From positions 41,974 through 105,973 of the forward strand of contig JAZDGT010000002.1 in the NCBI GenBank assembly GCA_043806635.1: DNA of 64,000 bases. Direction: 5' to 3'. Positions within the stretch are counted from its first letter, which is position 1. Each line of letters opens with the position of its first letter. Position numbers and translations under genes: made by a program. Positions 21,101 to 31,999 of the stretch are shown here, in pieces. This stretch comes from Methanobacteriota archaeon. Lineage in GTDB: Archaea; Thermoplasmatota; E2; DHVEG-1. The notes below the pieces were generated by a model. The model made no database searches. It saw nothing but the letters and a program-made list of their open reading frames with translations, and was not told the DNA's origin.

Positions 21101-21373
21101 ACTCGCGTATATCCATGCGGGGTCAAATTCATAACGAGTGACCGTTCGCTGTGTTTCTTCGTCATAAAACACGAATGGTTCTGATCTTTGTTTAGTATTT
21201 TCTTGATTTGTTGATGGACAGTCGCATGAATTATTTTCTACTGGTAATATCGGTAATGTATTTTGAGAGAATCTGGTAGCAACCGTTGGTAAAACTCCTG
21301 AGGTTATTAGTATAAAAAAGAGGATACATACTACAGCTTTTTTTATTTTAATTTGTAACATATTTTTCTGCAT
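13862..21373 (-). CDS. Giant secreted protein (2503 aa). Order: signal anchor, orphan domain of about 480 aa, PKD-like domain, a series of FN3-like domains, FG-GAP/VCBS repeat region, two FN3 domains, LamG domain, then the shared C-terminal module.
   Basis: FN3-like repeats with W..V..A..Y patterns. Repeats IGDFNNDGDNDLVVAE, IGDYNNDLLNDVAI and IGDYDTNGQNDLAIV (FG-GAP/VCBS). LSWTGGDPDAGETVAYDVYFG...YYWQIISWD and LSWSCSDPDPEDTLTYDVYWG...YYWMIMAYD (FN3). AGYWRFEEGSGTIAHDSSPNHNDGTI (LamG_3-like). C-terminal 427 aa homologous to the other modules. Confidence 0.85.
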   Translation of the reverse strand: MQKNMLQIKIKKAVVCILFFILITSGVLPTVATRFSQNTLPILPVENNSCDCPSTNQENTKQRSEPFVFYDEETQRTVTRYEFDPAWIYASNENQAIYHIDLEDTYGSMVTSHLITDLGDPSSVNLNDNITFMLHGHHPSMSSIHEPYICGKKNQQDVGVVHDSIFLSSLPYDFHQLDITLNSYGCYPLMREGSYIDISTSDDDARVTAYAGDYYTGYNGMVYQDENAFGTLVQSWVFAHGYHYSFIPDPDDWTTFVTNWRRAYSSLTIFNYKGFGIPGSISEKRKADVAFVVTWQGTTDTNKVYPVGCAEWGYQVSAGVCTNYPPGEKVKSQVLDKGGSDLLFDFTFNGMETLATEIADVYLARIATQAGAGGARVLGTVGIGALLSILDFSIDMALIDERTKGHKELQFRDVSLSKNSENYIWIAASSSVKAGGAAAGYVNFMYSGEPFLDIWNDRENNHERGIWMHSAVIYFEPEELPIVNINYNDPGPYRKGSSIHFSAEVIKGDPPYTYEWYNITKDKHGDITSKTLFQTSGQTNSLDYSFNKILSPGKYLILCKLIDGNGGIDNDSYVLEVLEPPSAPSVRISDTSPNFSEIFFIDWEPVDRGYYYVVEEKHGTNNWYTHAAQGSYTFRAFIKNDSFVGDTLQYRVTAYDKLDQASSASNIVQTIISAPPLDALKLDVNRDRIGSGDVYGVVWERGDGVVYGYNLTEYQWVNLTAGDTYRLERKPIRTIHYDGPQNATYSSEWGVNICKVNMTHTVSEHTVYDYNITRIDQWGHEGSSSNFDGIVIVRAPQNTTVLLESINTVASNISYRIEFINNVSDADHYVIQEDTDPYFGSPTEKETDNTTYFSFKHTNSETGTYIYRMCAENIGGRGPWSNTIQKTVVPQGTTPGTPVLSTDKTLVYSGQPYTIQWTRVDAECIYKIKESKSETFAESQEYLLGGLHLLPPMKKTFNYTQDNSTTYYYKVKGIGVGPEGAYSNVIAVDVIGSKAPATPIIHDPGYVRAAYQAYDVGWESMDNVQFQVEESIDPSFLTNVQHFSSFSGDYTNFSQAIGKIIHTPTSSTTYYYRLRAIDGHGFSPWSSNVDMQVLVPDCTLLGMSPPVGTPIITAPINGSNILSQQQFTISWTSVPGATFYILQKGEYVGGQWIFPSDPAKPGGQEYSGPATSISLFLPQAYQNPPAAFRVIGGNYCGLARQFSGGPLNWGTPIYANLIPGSPGGGEENPGGISHFIQNDIGLFFGNNEGRTILSQKLDNSRFKELLNTNIGSMVVQNGLGDIEDSLFGLRQVMGVSIDDYDDDTHLDVGLIEDFNASVRIYDRFGGLISEYTGLAGARGLAIGTLDNDEFNDVVISEYERGLVTVHDQSRGIILQLTNLSGPLGVSIGDFNNDGDNDLVVAEYTRGSVTVYSNTGDIITRFTGLDGPEGVTIKDFSRDGYNDLAVATEDGPVIIFFGFIDHRNGTNATQTYNPFIGDTYENCLAAPLPYKSILDYCDVGYETMLTKLVEPLGSAVGDFGNDGSQDIALINPAGVRVYNRYGQILREYNVPNPRDVSIGDYNNDLLNDVAISSETGVVYIYRTNGQLIDEFYGLANPQGISIGDYDTNGQNDLAIVQTGGVTIFNQNHELLKEFMGIGNPRGVSITDNNRDGYQDVVISDDIGATYALPVHYVYSPPYQPSNPSPAHEATTVILTSDLSWTGGDPDAGETVAYDVYFGETANPSLISDHQSSTAYNLPDLAYDTTYYWQIISWDNAGLSTLGPIWSFTTKSNLAPTTPQSPTPSNDALNVSIYSHLSWSCSDPDPEDTLTYDVYWGYDPTLFTIVSQGQTTTTYNPGTLHDNTTYYWMIMAYDSYGYSTASSIWHFTTETITTGAVAGYWRFEEGSGTIAHDSSPNHNDGTITGATWTTGCQGNALYFHGGGQWYDGDCVTVPHSTSLAITSPFTVEAYIKATGSDNYLTIADKYQYISGSDSRGFTLYLTNGRLRFSLYSGSHGNQDVMGTTDLRDNICHHVIGTWDGSAIKIYVDGQPQGQTPWSYAPAATTQNLGIGKRLSGWGGYLPFLGVIDEVKITTSLPLLTIQGHCYYPGMQPVNNLTVEIRNLNTTETWQAETETNYYSTAIINSVDVHQGEILRFIARDENESVNITDHIVTSSDISTGSITLDPILTVHYRDLKSFPFYVSQVDTGATVAQMMLNYLMWNNTQYSEPPLTYPDQHELFISLNIHGGTYLDGDELCSGLNRLIDDRNQTPPWQYGYFFAPYHNASPTPALKHICYWLDYPVNYYNYLRDVDVPKLGHPNHVPVAIPLYGAYNNWAVIRGIHTDQNAWLPPEQLNVYGFWLNDPKPNGVGSNTYVTVQRFLDVYYKPITILNDTYNGTYLAITDPPRDIASPVADTAVNFVESPVKFSANEARLVNRLVKGKLTNIITDNIVIRAAYEAASDVLKNDPVYADLFTSAQPTARPRYEKATCLVNFAHQGTTFKILINTLDGSLLEIQISTQQVSVQ

Positions 21374-21511
21374 TCTTTCTACTCCCCTTTAATAGATATT
21401 ATATAGAGAATGATGAGTAAACACGTATTTAAATATTCCTTTTTCTTTATAAAATTATGTAACATTTAGAATATATCACGAAAAAAAGGGAAAAAATAAT
21501 TCAAATATATT

Positions 21512-21706
21512 TTATTTCCTTGAACATTGCAAGAAAATCTCTACACTCCGATCATACGTCCGCTCCACCGTATCAGGGAAATAACATGCAGGAAGCTCAT
21601 CCCGATCACGATGATAACTAATACACTCACAACACATCCCCTTCCTACTACACGGATAACTACAATTACAATCTTCTTTATTCTTTTGTATTTTACACTC
21701 AACCAT
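21512..21706 (-). CDS. Small cysteine-rich protein (64 aa), resembling the DUF6485-type CNC..PC..KG.CCEC family.
   Basis: [23 protein letters not shown]. Starts 2 nt after the ligA stop, so it is likely co-transcribed. Confidence 0.5.
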   Translation of the reverse strand: MVECKIQKNKEDCNCSYPCSRKGMCCECISYHRDRDELPACYFPDTVERTYDRSVEIFLQCSRK

Positions 21707-21708
21707 GG

Positions 21709-25421
<3,713 letters not shown>

Positions 25422-25423
25422 TC

Positions 25424-26131
25424 CTATTTCTCCAACTTCACCACGATCTCGACGTCATCCCCATCCTTCAGCTTCAGACCATCCCGTAAAAACTGGGGAG
25501 AAATCACTTCAATAATCGTTGAGTAATGACTCCGTGTCGGTAGCACGATCGCCCCTTTTACTCCATTAATCGTCGCCTGATAACAGCGTACCTCACCAAA
25601 TGTTCGATTCTCCGTCTTAAACTCCTCCAGACACACGCCACCATAGTTCTTCAACAATCGGAGTTTATTCCGCTCAACTGGTTGAATCTCCACATTCAAC
25701 GTCCCCGGATACGGGACAAAATGGAGTTTCGCCTCAAACTGATCACGATACCCTTTCTGACTCGTGTAATATTTCCCTTCACCAAGACCAGAAACAAGTT
25801 TCCCCTTGAAACGCACCTTCTTCTCCAGTTCAAACACCTGTTGATACTGCGCATACTCATCCTGCAACACATCAACCCCGGACTCCGTAATCGAAATCAG
25901 TTGTTTCTTCACCCCAAGCTCACGAATAATACATCCTGTGGTATCAAGCTCAAGGAGATACCGTGACGCGGTCTGCTGACTCGCCTGCAGTTTCCGCGCA
26001 AGCTCTAACGAGGAAATCTCCACTTTTTGATTCATCGCACCAAGCAACGCGATCTCTTTTAGTGTTTGTAATAGATACGGTTTCACCTTGCCTCCCTCCA
26101 TATTCACATCCTCATCGTTGTAACGTGACAC
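25424..26131 (-). CDS. ribK: CTP-dependent riboflavin kinase (archaeal RibK) fused to an N-terminal winged-helix DNA-binding domain.
   Basis: The C-terminal half GLGEGKYYTSQKGYRDQFEAKLHFVPYPGTLNV...GAIVLPTRSHY matches the archaeal riboflavin-kinase signature. The N-terminal ~90 aa is HTH-like (SSLELARKLQASQQTASRYLLEL). Confidence 0.8.
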   Translation of the reverse strand: MSRYNDEDVNMEGGKVKPYLLQTLKEIALLGAMNQKVEISSLELARKLQASQQTASRYLLELDTTGCIIRELGVKKQLISITESGVDVLQDEYAQYQQVFELEKKVRFKGKLVSGLGEGKYYTSQKGYRDQFEAKLHFVPYPGTLNVEIQPVERNKLRLLKNYGGVCLEEFKTENRTFGEVRCYQATINGVKGAIVLPTRSHYSTIIEVISPQFLRDGLKLKDGDDVEIVVKLEK

Positions 26132-26345
26132 CCAATTTTTCCCCCTCAGGGGTTAACCGATACTCATCTCCCTTCTTCACCAGAAGACCCTCTGTAATGA
26201 ACTCCGCAATCACTCGTTTTGCCACCACGGGAACAATATGATGCTTTTTTATGATACGATCCAGACGGGTTTCCCCAGAGGTGAACGCATCAAAAATCAT
26301 CGTCCGATATTTATTCGAGAGAATAAACCCTTCATTCATACTCAA
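26112..26345 (-). CDS. Small winged-helix transcriptional regulator (77 aa).
   Basis: RTMIFDAFTSGETRLDRIIKKHHIVPVVAKRVIAEFITEGLLVKKGDEYRLTPEG. Overlaps the ribK start by 20 nt. Confidence 0.55.
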   Translation of the reverse strand: MSMNEGFILSNKYRTMIFDAFTSGETRLDRIIKKHHIVPVVAKRVIAEFITEGLLVKKGDEYRLTPEGEKLGVTLQR

Positions 26346-26394
26346 AGCACCAACATCTTAATTTAGATGTTCCACATAAAGCTTTTCACGACCT

Positions 26395-27366
26395 ATGAGC
26401 CTAAACCTCCCATTTATCCGATCAGCAGATGAAATCATTGATCATGCCATCAAAAAAACAAAAAAAATCCAGATATCGGACAGAAACATAGAGTATAAAA
26501 AAAAGAAAGAGATCATCGCGAAAACAGAAACATTCGTCTCCGTACTTACCTCAGAGCTTGAACACTACGTCAAAGAATTCCCCTCCATCGGTCACCTCTC
26601 CCTATTTCACCAGGATATCCTCAATATCTATCTGCAAACCGATAGACTCAAGAAGGCGTTAGGCGCAGTAGACTGGGCACGAAAAACAAGCAATAAGATT
26701 TATTTTAGAGAGAAGAGACGATTAAAGAAAACAGAAACCGTTATGTATCTCCAATGTAAACAAAAAGAACTTTACGGACGACTCTCCTCCGTCGTAGAAC
26801 AAATCGATGACCAATTACAAATACTCATACAAGCACACAAACTCATGAAACACTTACCAGAGATCACCGATGTACCCACGATCGTAATCGCAGGGTACCC
26901 AAACGTGGGGAAATCCTCCTTGTTACGGTGTTTGTCTGATGCGAAACCAGAGGTTGCACCCTACCCGTTCACCACAAAAGAGATCCATGTCGGTCATATC
27001 CACAGAACGATACGACATATTAAATATCAATATCAGGTAATTGATACTCCTGGTCTTCTTGATAGACCAATGGAGGAAAAAAACCAGATTGAGCGTCAAG
27101 CAATCTCAGCATTGACGCATCTCGCTGACCTGATTGTGTTTGTGATGGACCCATCGGAGACAAGCGGGTATCTGATGGATGACCAGTACCATTTATTGGA
27201 GCGGATGAAGAAGTTATTTATCGATACTCCTCTGATTATTGTTGAGAATAAAGTTGATGTGAAAAACACTGATTCTCCATATTTGAAGATTTCCTGTACA
27301 ACAAAGGAGGGTATTGAGGATCTCCTGAAGAAGATTCTCGAAATAATTGAACAGGAGAAGTGCTAG
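26395..27366 (+). CDS. NOG1-family GTP-binding protein.
   Basis: G1 GYPNVGKSS, G3 DTPGLLDR, G4 NKVD, plus an N-terminal helical NOG1-type region. Confidence 0.8.
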   Translation: MSLNLPFIRSADEIIDHAIKKTKKIQISDRNIEYKKKKEIIAKTETFVSVLTSELEHYVKEFPSIGHLSLFHQDILNIYLQTDRLKKALGAVDWARKTSNKIYFREKRRLKKTETVMYLQCKQKELYGRLSSVVEQIDDQLQILIQAHKLMKHLPEITDVPTIVIAGYPNVGKSSLLRCLSDAKPEVAPYPFTTKEIHVGHIHRTIRHIKYQYQVIDTPGLLDRPMEEKNQIERQAISALTHLADLIVFVMDPSETSGYLMDDQYHLLERMKKLFIDTPLIIVENKVDVKNTDSPYLKISCTTKEGIEDLLKKILEIIEQEKC

Positions 27367-27473
27367 AAGATAATTATTCGGGAAAATAGTGGTTTTTATA
27401 TAGTTTTTTTAGAAAATGTTATATATTTCTAAATCCTGCCAGTAGCAAATTAAAAATATTGGGGAGGTGAAAA

Positions 27474-27722
27474 ATGGTAACCATAAAAGAAATAAAGAGC
27501 ACGATAGCAGTATCGATAGCTGCAGCATTTGGTTTTATTATAGCTCTAATCTGGAAGGATATTATTATTGGAGCTATGAAGCTACCCGGATGGTGGCAAG
27601 AGGGCGGATTTGCAGATGTAAATGCTCTTATTGTTGGTATAGTTGTTGGACTAGTAATTACCGTAGTCTCCGTCCTAGGTATTATCTTTATCTCAAAATG
27701 GGGCGGCGTCGGACAAAAGTAA
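27474..27722 (+). CDS. Small two-helix membrane protein (82 aa).
   Basis: SD GGGGAGGTGA lies 4 nt upstream of the ATG. Two hydrophobic helices (IAVSIAAAFGFIIALIW, LIVGIVVGLVITVVSVLGIIFI). Preferred over the overlapping frame 27467..27751. Confidence 0.6.
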   Translation: MVTIKEIKSTIAVSIAAAFGFIIALIWKDIIIGAMKLPGWWQEGGFADVNALIVGIVVGLVITVVSVLGIIFISKWGGVGQK

Positions 27723-27948
27723 ATCCCCTCTTTTTTTTCCTTTTTTTTTAATAGTTTATAGTATATTTTCCTCTGATAATATGGTAAGTGTTATATTTTT
27801 CTCTTTATGACAAAGGATCAAGGAGATGTATCTAAAGAATGAAAAAAAATAAGAAAAATACCGCGTTTTTCTTTGTATGAATAGAGGTATACAAATATTT
27901 TTATCCAGGTTGTTGCTTATCCCTCGCTACATACGCAGGTGATCTACG

Positions 27949-28203
27949 ATGAAGACGAACGAGAAAATCTCTCAGATTTGCGACGGGTTGGATATGCTTA
28001 GTGGAGACACCTCTATACCCAGGAATATTCGACGTGGAGCGGAGGATGTGAAGCGTATTCTGCGTACGGATTCTGACCCTATTGATCTTCGTGTAGCTTC
28101 TGCGACCTCGTTATTAGATGAATTAGCGAATGACCCGAATATTCCGCTTCATGGGAGAACCTTGATTTGGAATATTATGAGTCGGTTAGAAGAACTTGCC
28201 TAA
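27949..28203 (+). CDS. UPF0147-family small helical protein (archaeal conserved).
   Basis: DTSIPRNIRRGAEDV is recalled as characteristic of UPF0147. Family assignment is from memory only. Confidence 0.5.
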   Translation: MKTNEKISQICDGLDMLSGDTSIPRNIRRGAEDVKRILRTDSDPIDLRVASATSLLDELANDPNIPLHGRTLIWNIMSRLEELA

Positions 28204-28299
28204 TCAATGAATGGTAAGGGTTGTTAGAAAATATTTCCGTTATTGTTTCTTGTGAGATGAACGAGTATGAAGAAAAAGAAGAGCGGGGGAGAAGGAAAG

Positions 28300-29175
28300 A
28301 TGATTCGTATAGGGCCTGCGGGGATACCATTATCATGCAAGGGTCGGACGCACAAGGATGGTGTCGTGTATACGAAGAAGAATCTGGATTTGAATGCGAT
28401 TGAGATCCAGTTTGTCCGCGGGTTGTATATGATGTCTGATGAAGAGTCGCAGTTTATTAAGGATTTTTCTCGTGAGAATGATATTGAAGTTCATGTTCAT
28501 GCTCCGTATTATATTAATTTAGCGGGTGATGATGAAGAAGTGAAAATGAGTTTTGAGAAGATTAAGAACTCGGTGCAAATGGCGGATAAGATGGGGGCGA
28601 AAACCGTCGTGATTCACCCCGGGTTTTATGGGGAGAATAGTGAGAAGAAGACGTTGAAAAAGATCATTAAAAATGCGAAGAAGATTACGAGTTCTTTCAA
28701 AAAGGAGAAGATTAAGACGCGTCTTGGTTTGGAGACGATGGGGAAGCAGAAAGTGTTTGGAACTCTTGAGGAGATTGTGAGTGTTTGTAAAGAAGTGAAA
28801 GAGGTTGTTCCTGTTATTGATTTAGGGCATATTCATGCTCGGGGGAATGGGTGTTTGAAGGAGCGGGAGGATTTTGAGAAGATGTTTGCGACGTTGAAAC
28901 CCCTTCGGTTAAGACATTATTTGATGCATATCACTGGGGTGTTGTATGAGAATGGGAATGAGTATTATCATCTGCCGATTAAGAAGGGGGATATGCCGCT
29001 TGCGCCGTTGATAGAGATTATTATGGATAATCAGTATAATGTGACGTTGATTTCTGAGTCACCGTTGTTGGAGCATGATGCAGTGTATATCCGATTGCAG
29101 GTGGAGAAAGCGATTATGAAGCGGACGGGAAAGGAGCAAGCTTATTACAAGGATTTGTCTGAGATTTATGACTAA
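28300..29175 (+). CDS. nfo: Endonuclease IV-like AP endonuclease (xylose-isomerase-like TIM barrel).
   Basis: MIRIGPAGIP..., HVHAPYYINL, VVIHPG, LGLETMG, IDLGHIHA. ATG at 28300 follows GGGGGAGAAGGAAAG. The ORF track begins at 28267. Confidence 0.7.
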   Translation: MIRIGPAGIPLSCKGRTHKDGVVYTKKNLDLNAIEIQFVRGLYMMSDEESQFIKDFSRENDIEVHVHAPYYINLAGDDEEVKMSFEKIKNSVQMADKMGAKTVVIHPGFYGENSEKKTLKKIIKNAKKITSSFKKEKIKTRLGLETMGKQKVFGTLEEIVSVCKEVKEVVPVIDLGHIHARGNGCLKEREDFEKMFATLKPLRLRHYLMHITGVLYENGNEYYHLPIKKGDMPLAPLIEIIMDNQYNVTLISESPLLEHDAVYIRLQVEKAIMKRTGKEQAYYKDLSEIYD

Positions 29176-29734
29176 TGAGCCAGTATTTGAGCAGACGGTC
29201 GTGTATATTGACCGTAAAATTCAGGATATTCTGGGGCGTGTTTCTCGTCGTGATTTGAATAAGATCATGACGTTGTTTTTTGATGCGAATCGGATTTTTG
29301 TGTATGGCGCGGGTCGTTCCGGGTTGGTTGCTCGTGCGTTTGCGATTCGGCTGGTTCATCTTGGGTTTCAGACGTTTGTGATTGGGGAGACAATTGGTGC
29401 CCCGATTAAGAAAGGGGATTTAGTGGTGTTGGTTTCTGGTTCAGGTGAGACGATTCCTACGGTGATGACGGCGGAGATCGCTCGGGATATTAGTGCTGAG
29501 GTGGTGGTGATCACGACGGAGAAGAATTCACGGATTACGAAGTTTGCGGACGTGGTGATTGTGCTTGCGTTGGATTGTGAGGAGCCAGAGCAGAAGAAGT
29601 TAGCGCCGTTGGGGACGTTGTTTGAGGCGAGTGCATGGGTGTTTCTTGATGGGTTGGTCGCGGAGTTGATGGAGCGGAAAGGGGAGACGGAGACGTCGAT
29701 GCGGTTGCGTCATGCAACCTTGGAGCAACCGTAA
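29168..29734 (+). CDS. phi: 6-phospho-3-hexuloisomerase (SIS domain).
   Basis: VYGAGRSGLVARAFAIRLVHLGF, VLVSGSGET, LAPLGTLFEASAWVFLD. Confidence 0.8.
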   Translation: MTNEPVFEQTVVYIDRKIQDILGRVSRRDLNKIMTLFFDANRIFVYGAGRSGLVARAFAIRLVHLGFQTFVIGETIGAPIKKGDLVVLVSGSGETIPTVMTAEIARDISAEVVVITTEKNSRITKFADVVIVLALDCEEPEQKKLAPLGTLFEASAWVFLDGLVAELMERKGETETSMRLRHATLEQP

Positions 29735-29847
29735 TTAAGTGGGTTTGTTTTTTTTCATTTTGACATTTTTACGCGTAACGTTTATTAAGGATGAGTTACA
29801 GACTGTATCATGCTATGAGATAACATAGCATTTGAAGAGGTGAACAG

Positions 29848-29946
29848 ATGACCTTAACCCCCCAACAGAAACAACTCATCAAGATGTTCCTTCAAAAAAC
29901 CGCAGAGGACAGCCCACTCGTGAAGGAAATCACAAAAAAAGAATAG
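29848..29946 (+). CDS. Possible micro-ORF (32 aa), MTLTPQQKQLIKMFLQKTAEDSPLVKEITKKE.
   Basis: ATG preceded by GAAGAGGTGA (SD) and by an 8-bp inverted repeat at 29810..29831. Too short for the ORF track. No homology recognised. Confidence 0.25.
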   Translation: MTLTPQQKQLIKMFLQKTAEDSPLVKEITKKE

Positions 29947-30053
29947 AAAACAGTTCTATTCTTCCCTTTTTTATTTCTTAATACTAAAAAAAAAATTTAC
30001 TAGAGCGAACTAGAAAAGAAAAAAAAGGAAAAAACACAGAGAACCATATTCCC

Positions 30054-30380
30054 TTACAGTTGTTTCTTTTTCTTTAAAACTTTCTCCACAACATCACGTT
30101 CATCATCAAGAAGAACCGTATCACCGACATCATGCTCATGAACCGTATCCGATAATTCTTCAGTCATCCGAGTTTTACCAGGTTTCGCTTCAATGCCGAA
30201 CATCTCAAACGCTTCATTAATAAACTCGACCTCTTTCAACGTGGGATGCCAACGAGTCATATTATTATCAGTAACAAAATTCGGTGCGTTCTTATCAAAA
30301 ATAATCGTAAATTGCAGATCCTCAGTATCCTGAGTCTTCTGTAACTCTAATTTAATAAAAATTTTTTCAATCTTTTCCAT
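30054..30380 (-). CDS. Hypothetical protein (108 aa), paralog of the adjacent gene.
   Basis: MEKIEKIFIKLELQKTQDTEDLQFTIIFDKNAPNFVTDNNMTRWHPTLKEVEFINEAFEMF aligns with the neighbour along its whole length. Confidence 0.6.
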   Translation of the reverse strand: MEKIEKIFIKLELQKTQDTEDLQFTIIFDKNAPNFVTDNNMTRWHPTLKEVEFINEAFEMFGIEAKPGKTRMTEELSDTVHEHDVGDTVLLDDERDVVEKVLKKKKQL

Positions 30381-30389
30381 ATTCGCACC

Positions 30390-30587
30390 CTATTTCTTAT
30401 ACCCAGGAATCATCCGAAACGCTTCGTTAATAAAGGCGAGCTCTGCGGGAGTGGGAACCCAGCTGATACCATAATTATCTTGATAAAAATTCGGGGCTTC
30501 AGGATCAAACCTCGCTTTCAGCATCAACTGATCAGTTTGGGCATCTTTCTCAATCTGGATTTTAACATATATCTGCTTTTTTTCCAT
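30390..30587 (-). CDS. Hypothetical protein (65 aa), paralog of 30054..30380.
   Basis: ATG at 30587 preceded by GGAGGTTGGTC. MEKKQIYVKIQIEKDAQTDQLMLKARFDPEAPNFYQDNYGISWVPTPAELAFINEAFRMI. The ORF track starts at 30614. Confidence 0.6.
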   Translation of the reverse strand: MEKKQIYVKIQIEKDAQTDQLMLKARFDPEAPNFYQDNYGISWVPTPAELAFINEAFRMIPGYKK

Positions 30588-30755
30588 GACCAACCTCCAA
30601 ATACTAAACACCATGTATACCGTGAGAGAACTTATACTTTTGGAAAGAAATGAACCAGAAAAAAAATTCTCGTTTCAAGGTAAAAAACCTTGTTTCGGTA
30701 CCAAATGAACAACATCGTTTAAATAATCCTTAAAACAAAAAATCATTCAGAGAAT

Positions 30756-31079
30756 ATGACAAAATGCAAAGCATGCGGTCAACAAGTCCTCATGAGAGAA
30801 CGAATGTCGTTTCCCATAGAACATATTAAAAAAGTGTGCGAACCCTGTTTCGACCATCTCATGAAAGAGAAAGGATACACCATAACGCTTACGCCACAGA
30901 ACTATAAAATCTATACATTAGACAACGGAGTGAAATATCGACAATACATCCCTCGCGGACCAGCCCATCAACTCCTTCCACGAAAAGAACAACACACCCT
31001 TCAGGAGGGCATAGTCCTCGATATGTTGAACCGAAAACTGGAGACAGCCGCGAAACGGATAGAACAACGATATAACTAA
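30756..31079 (+). CDS. Hypothetical protein with an N-terminal CxxC...CxxC zinc-ribbon-like motif.
   Basis: MTKCKACGQQV...KVCEPCFDH. Confidence 0.45.
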   Translation: MTKCKACGQQVLMRERMSFPIEHIKKVCEPCFDHLMKEKGYTITLTPQNYKIYTLDNGVKYRQYIPRGPAHQLLPRKEQHTLQEGIVLDMLNRKLETAAKRIEQRYN

Positions 31080-31170
31080 AAAGGGTCTCGTTCACACAAT
31101 AAAAACCTTTTTTGATTGAAGAGTAAGCCATAGTTTTTAAAGAGCCTACCCCTTCACCTATTTCACTCAC

Positions 31171-31593
31171 ATGACCCAGAAACCTGTTGCCGTCGCCGCG
31201 GCAATCATCAAACGAGGTGACCTCATCCTTATCGCTCAAAGAAAAAAAGATAGCTGGCTTGAGCCAAACAAATGGGAGTTCCCCGGAGGAAAAATAGAAC
31301 AATCCGAACACCCTGAGGACTGCCTCGTCCGAGAAATAAAAGAAGAACTCGACCTAGACATCTCCATAAAAGAGCTGTTCACAGTTCATTCACATACCTA
31401 CCACAAAGAGGGAAAAGAATACCCGGTTCAATTATACATATACCTTGCTGATTGGAATCAAGGTCAAATCAAGAACCTTGACTGCCAAGATAGCCGATGG
31501 GTTTCAGTTGATCAATTAACTAACTACGAGTTTGTTGAAGCTGATACACATGTTTTACATCAATTAACCACAAGATTAAAAACGCTAGGCTAA
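31171..31593 (+). CDS. Nudix hydrolase (MutT-like).
   Basis: Nudix box GGKIEQSEHPEDCLVREIKEELDLD. Confidence 0.85.
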   Translation: MTQKPVAVAAAIIKRGDLILIAQRKKDSWLEPNKWEFPGGKIEQSEHPEDCLVREIKEELDLDISIKELFTVHSHTYHKEGKEYPVQLYIYLADWNQGQIKNLDCQDSRWVSVDQLTNYEFVEADTHVLHQLTTRLKTLG

Positions 31594-31734
31594 TAAATGT
31601 GTAACTAATACTTTTTTACGTTTTCTGAACAAGAGAAGAACGCGAAAATCAATATTTTACCCGAAAAAAATAATTATGATCGTTATCGAAAAACATTTAT
31701 TTGAACCAGGATTTCCTTGTACACGTGATAACCA

Positions 31735-31980
31735 ATGGCTGAAAGACAGACAAGTCATTACTCAACAGAGGATGTCATCAAAAGTGCGAACAAATTACTC
31801 CAATATTCTCAGGATGAAAAAATCAGCCCAGCATTATTCCTACACTCCCTGATTTTCACCTCAGAATTCATGATTAAAAAATTTGGTTTCATCCCCAAAG
31901 ATGTTGCGGAAATCCGACGACAATCACGACAAATCATTGATCATGTTGACGCGATACCAGAAAAACCACAAAAAAAATAA
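31735..31980 (+). CDS. Hypothetical protein (81 aa).
   Basis: ORF only. No recognisable motif. Confidence 0.35.
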   Translation: MAERQTSHYSTEDVIKSANKLLQYSQDEKISPALFLHSLIFTSEFMIKKFGFIPKDVAEIRRQSRQIIDHVDAIPEKPQKK

Positions 31981-31999
31981 AGAAAAACCAGACGAAGCA

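Noticed and set aside
911-21165. Dozens of 60-144-aa ORFs inside or antisense to the four giant genes, for example 911..1222, 3175..3453, 5392..5826, 6690..6959, 12379..12714, 14765..15145, 18701..19087 and 20830..21165.
   Set aside because: All are fully embedded in much longer ORFs with clear domain homology. Their translations are low-complexity or Arg/Pro/His-rich shadow frames with no start context.
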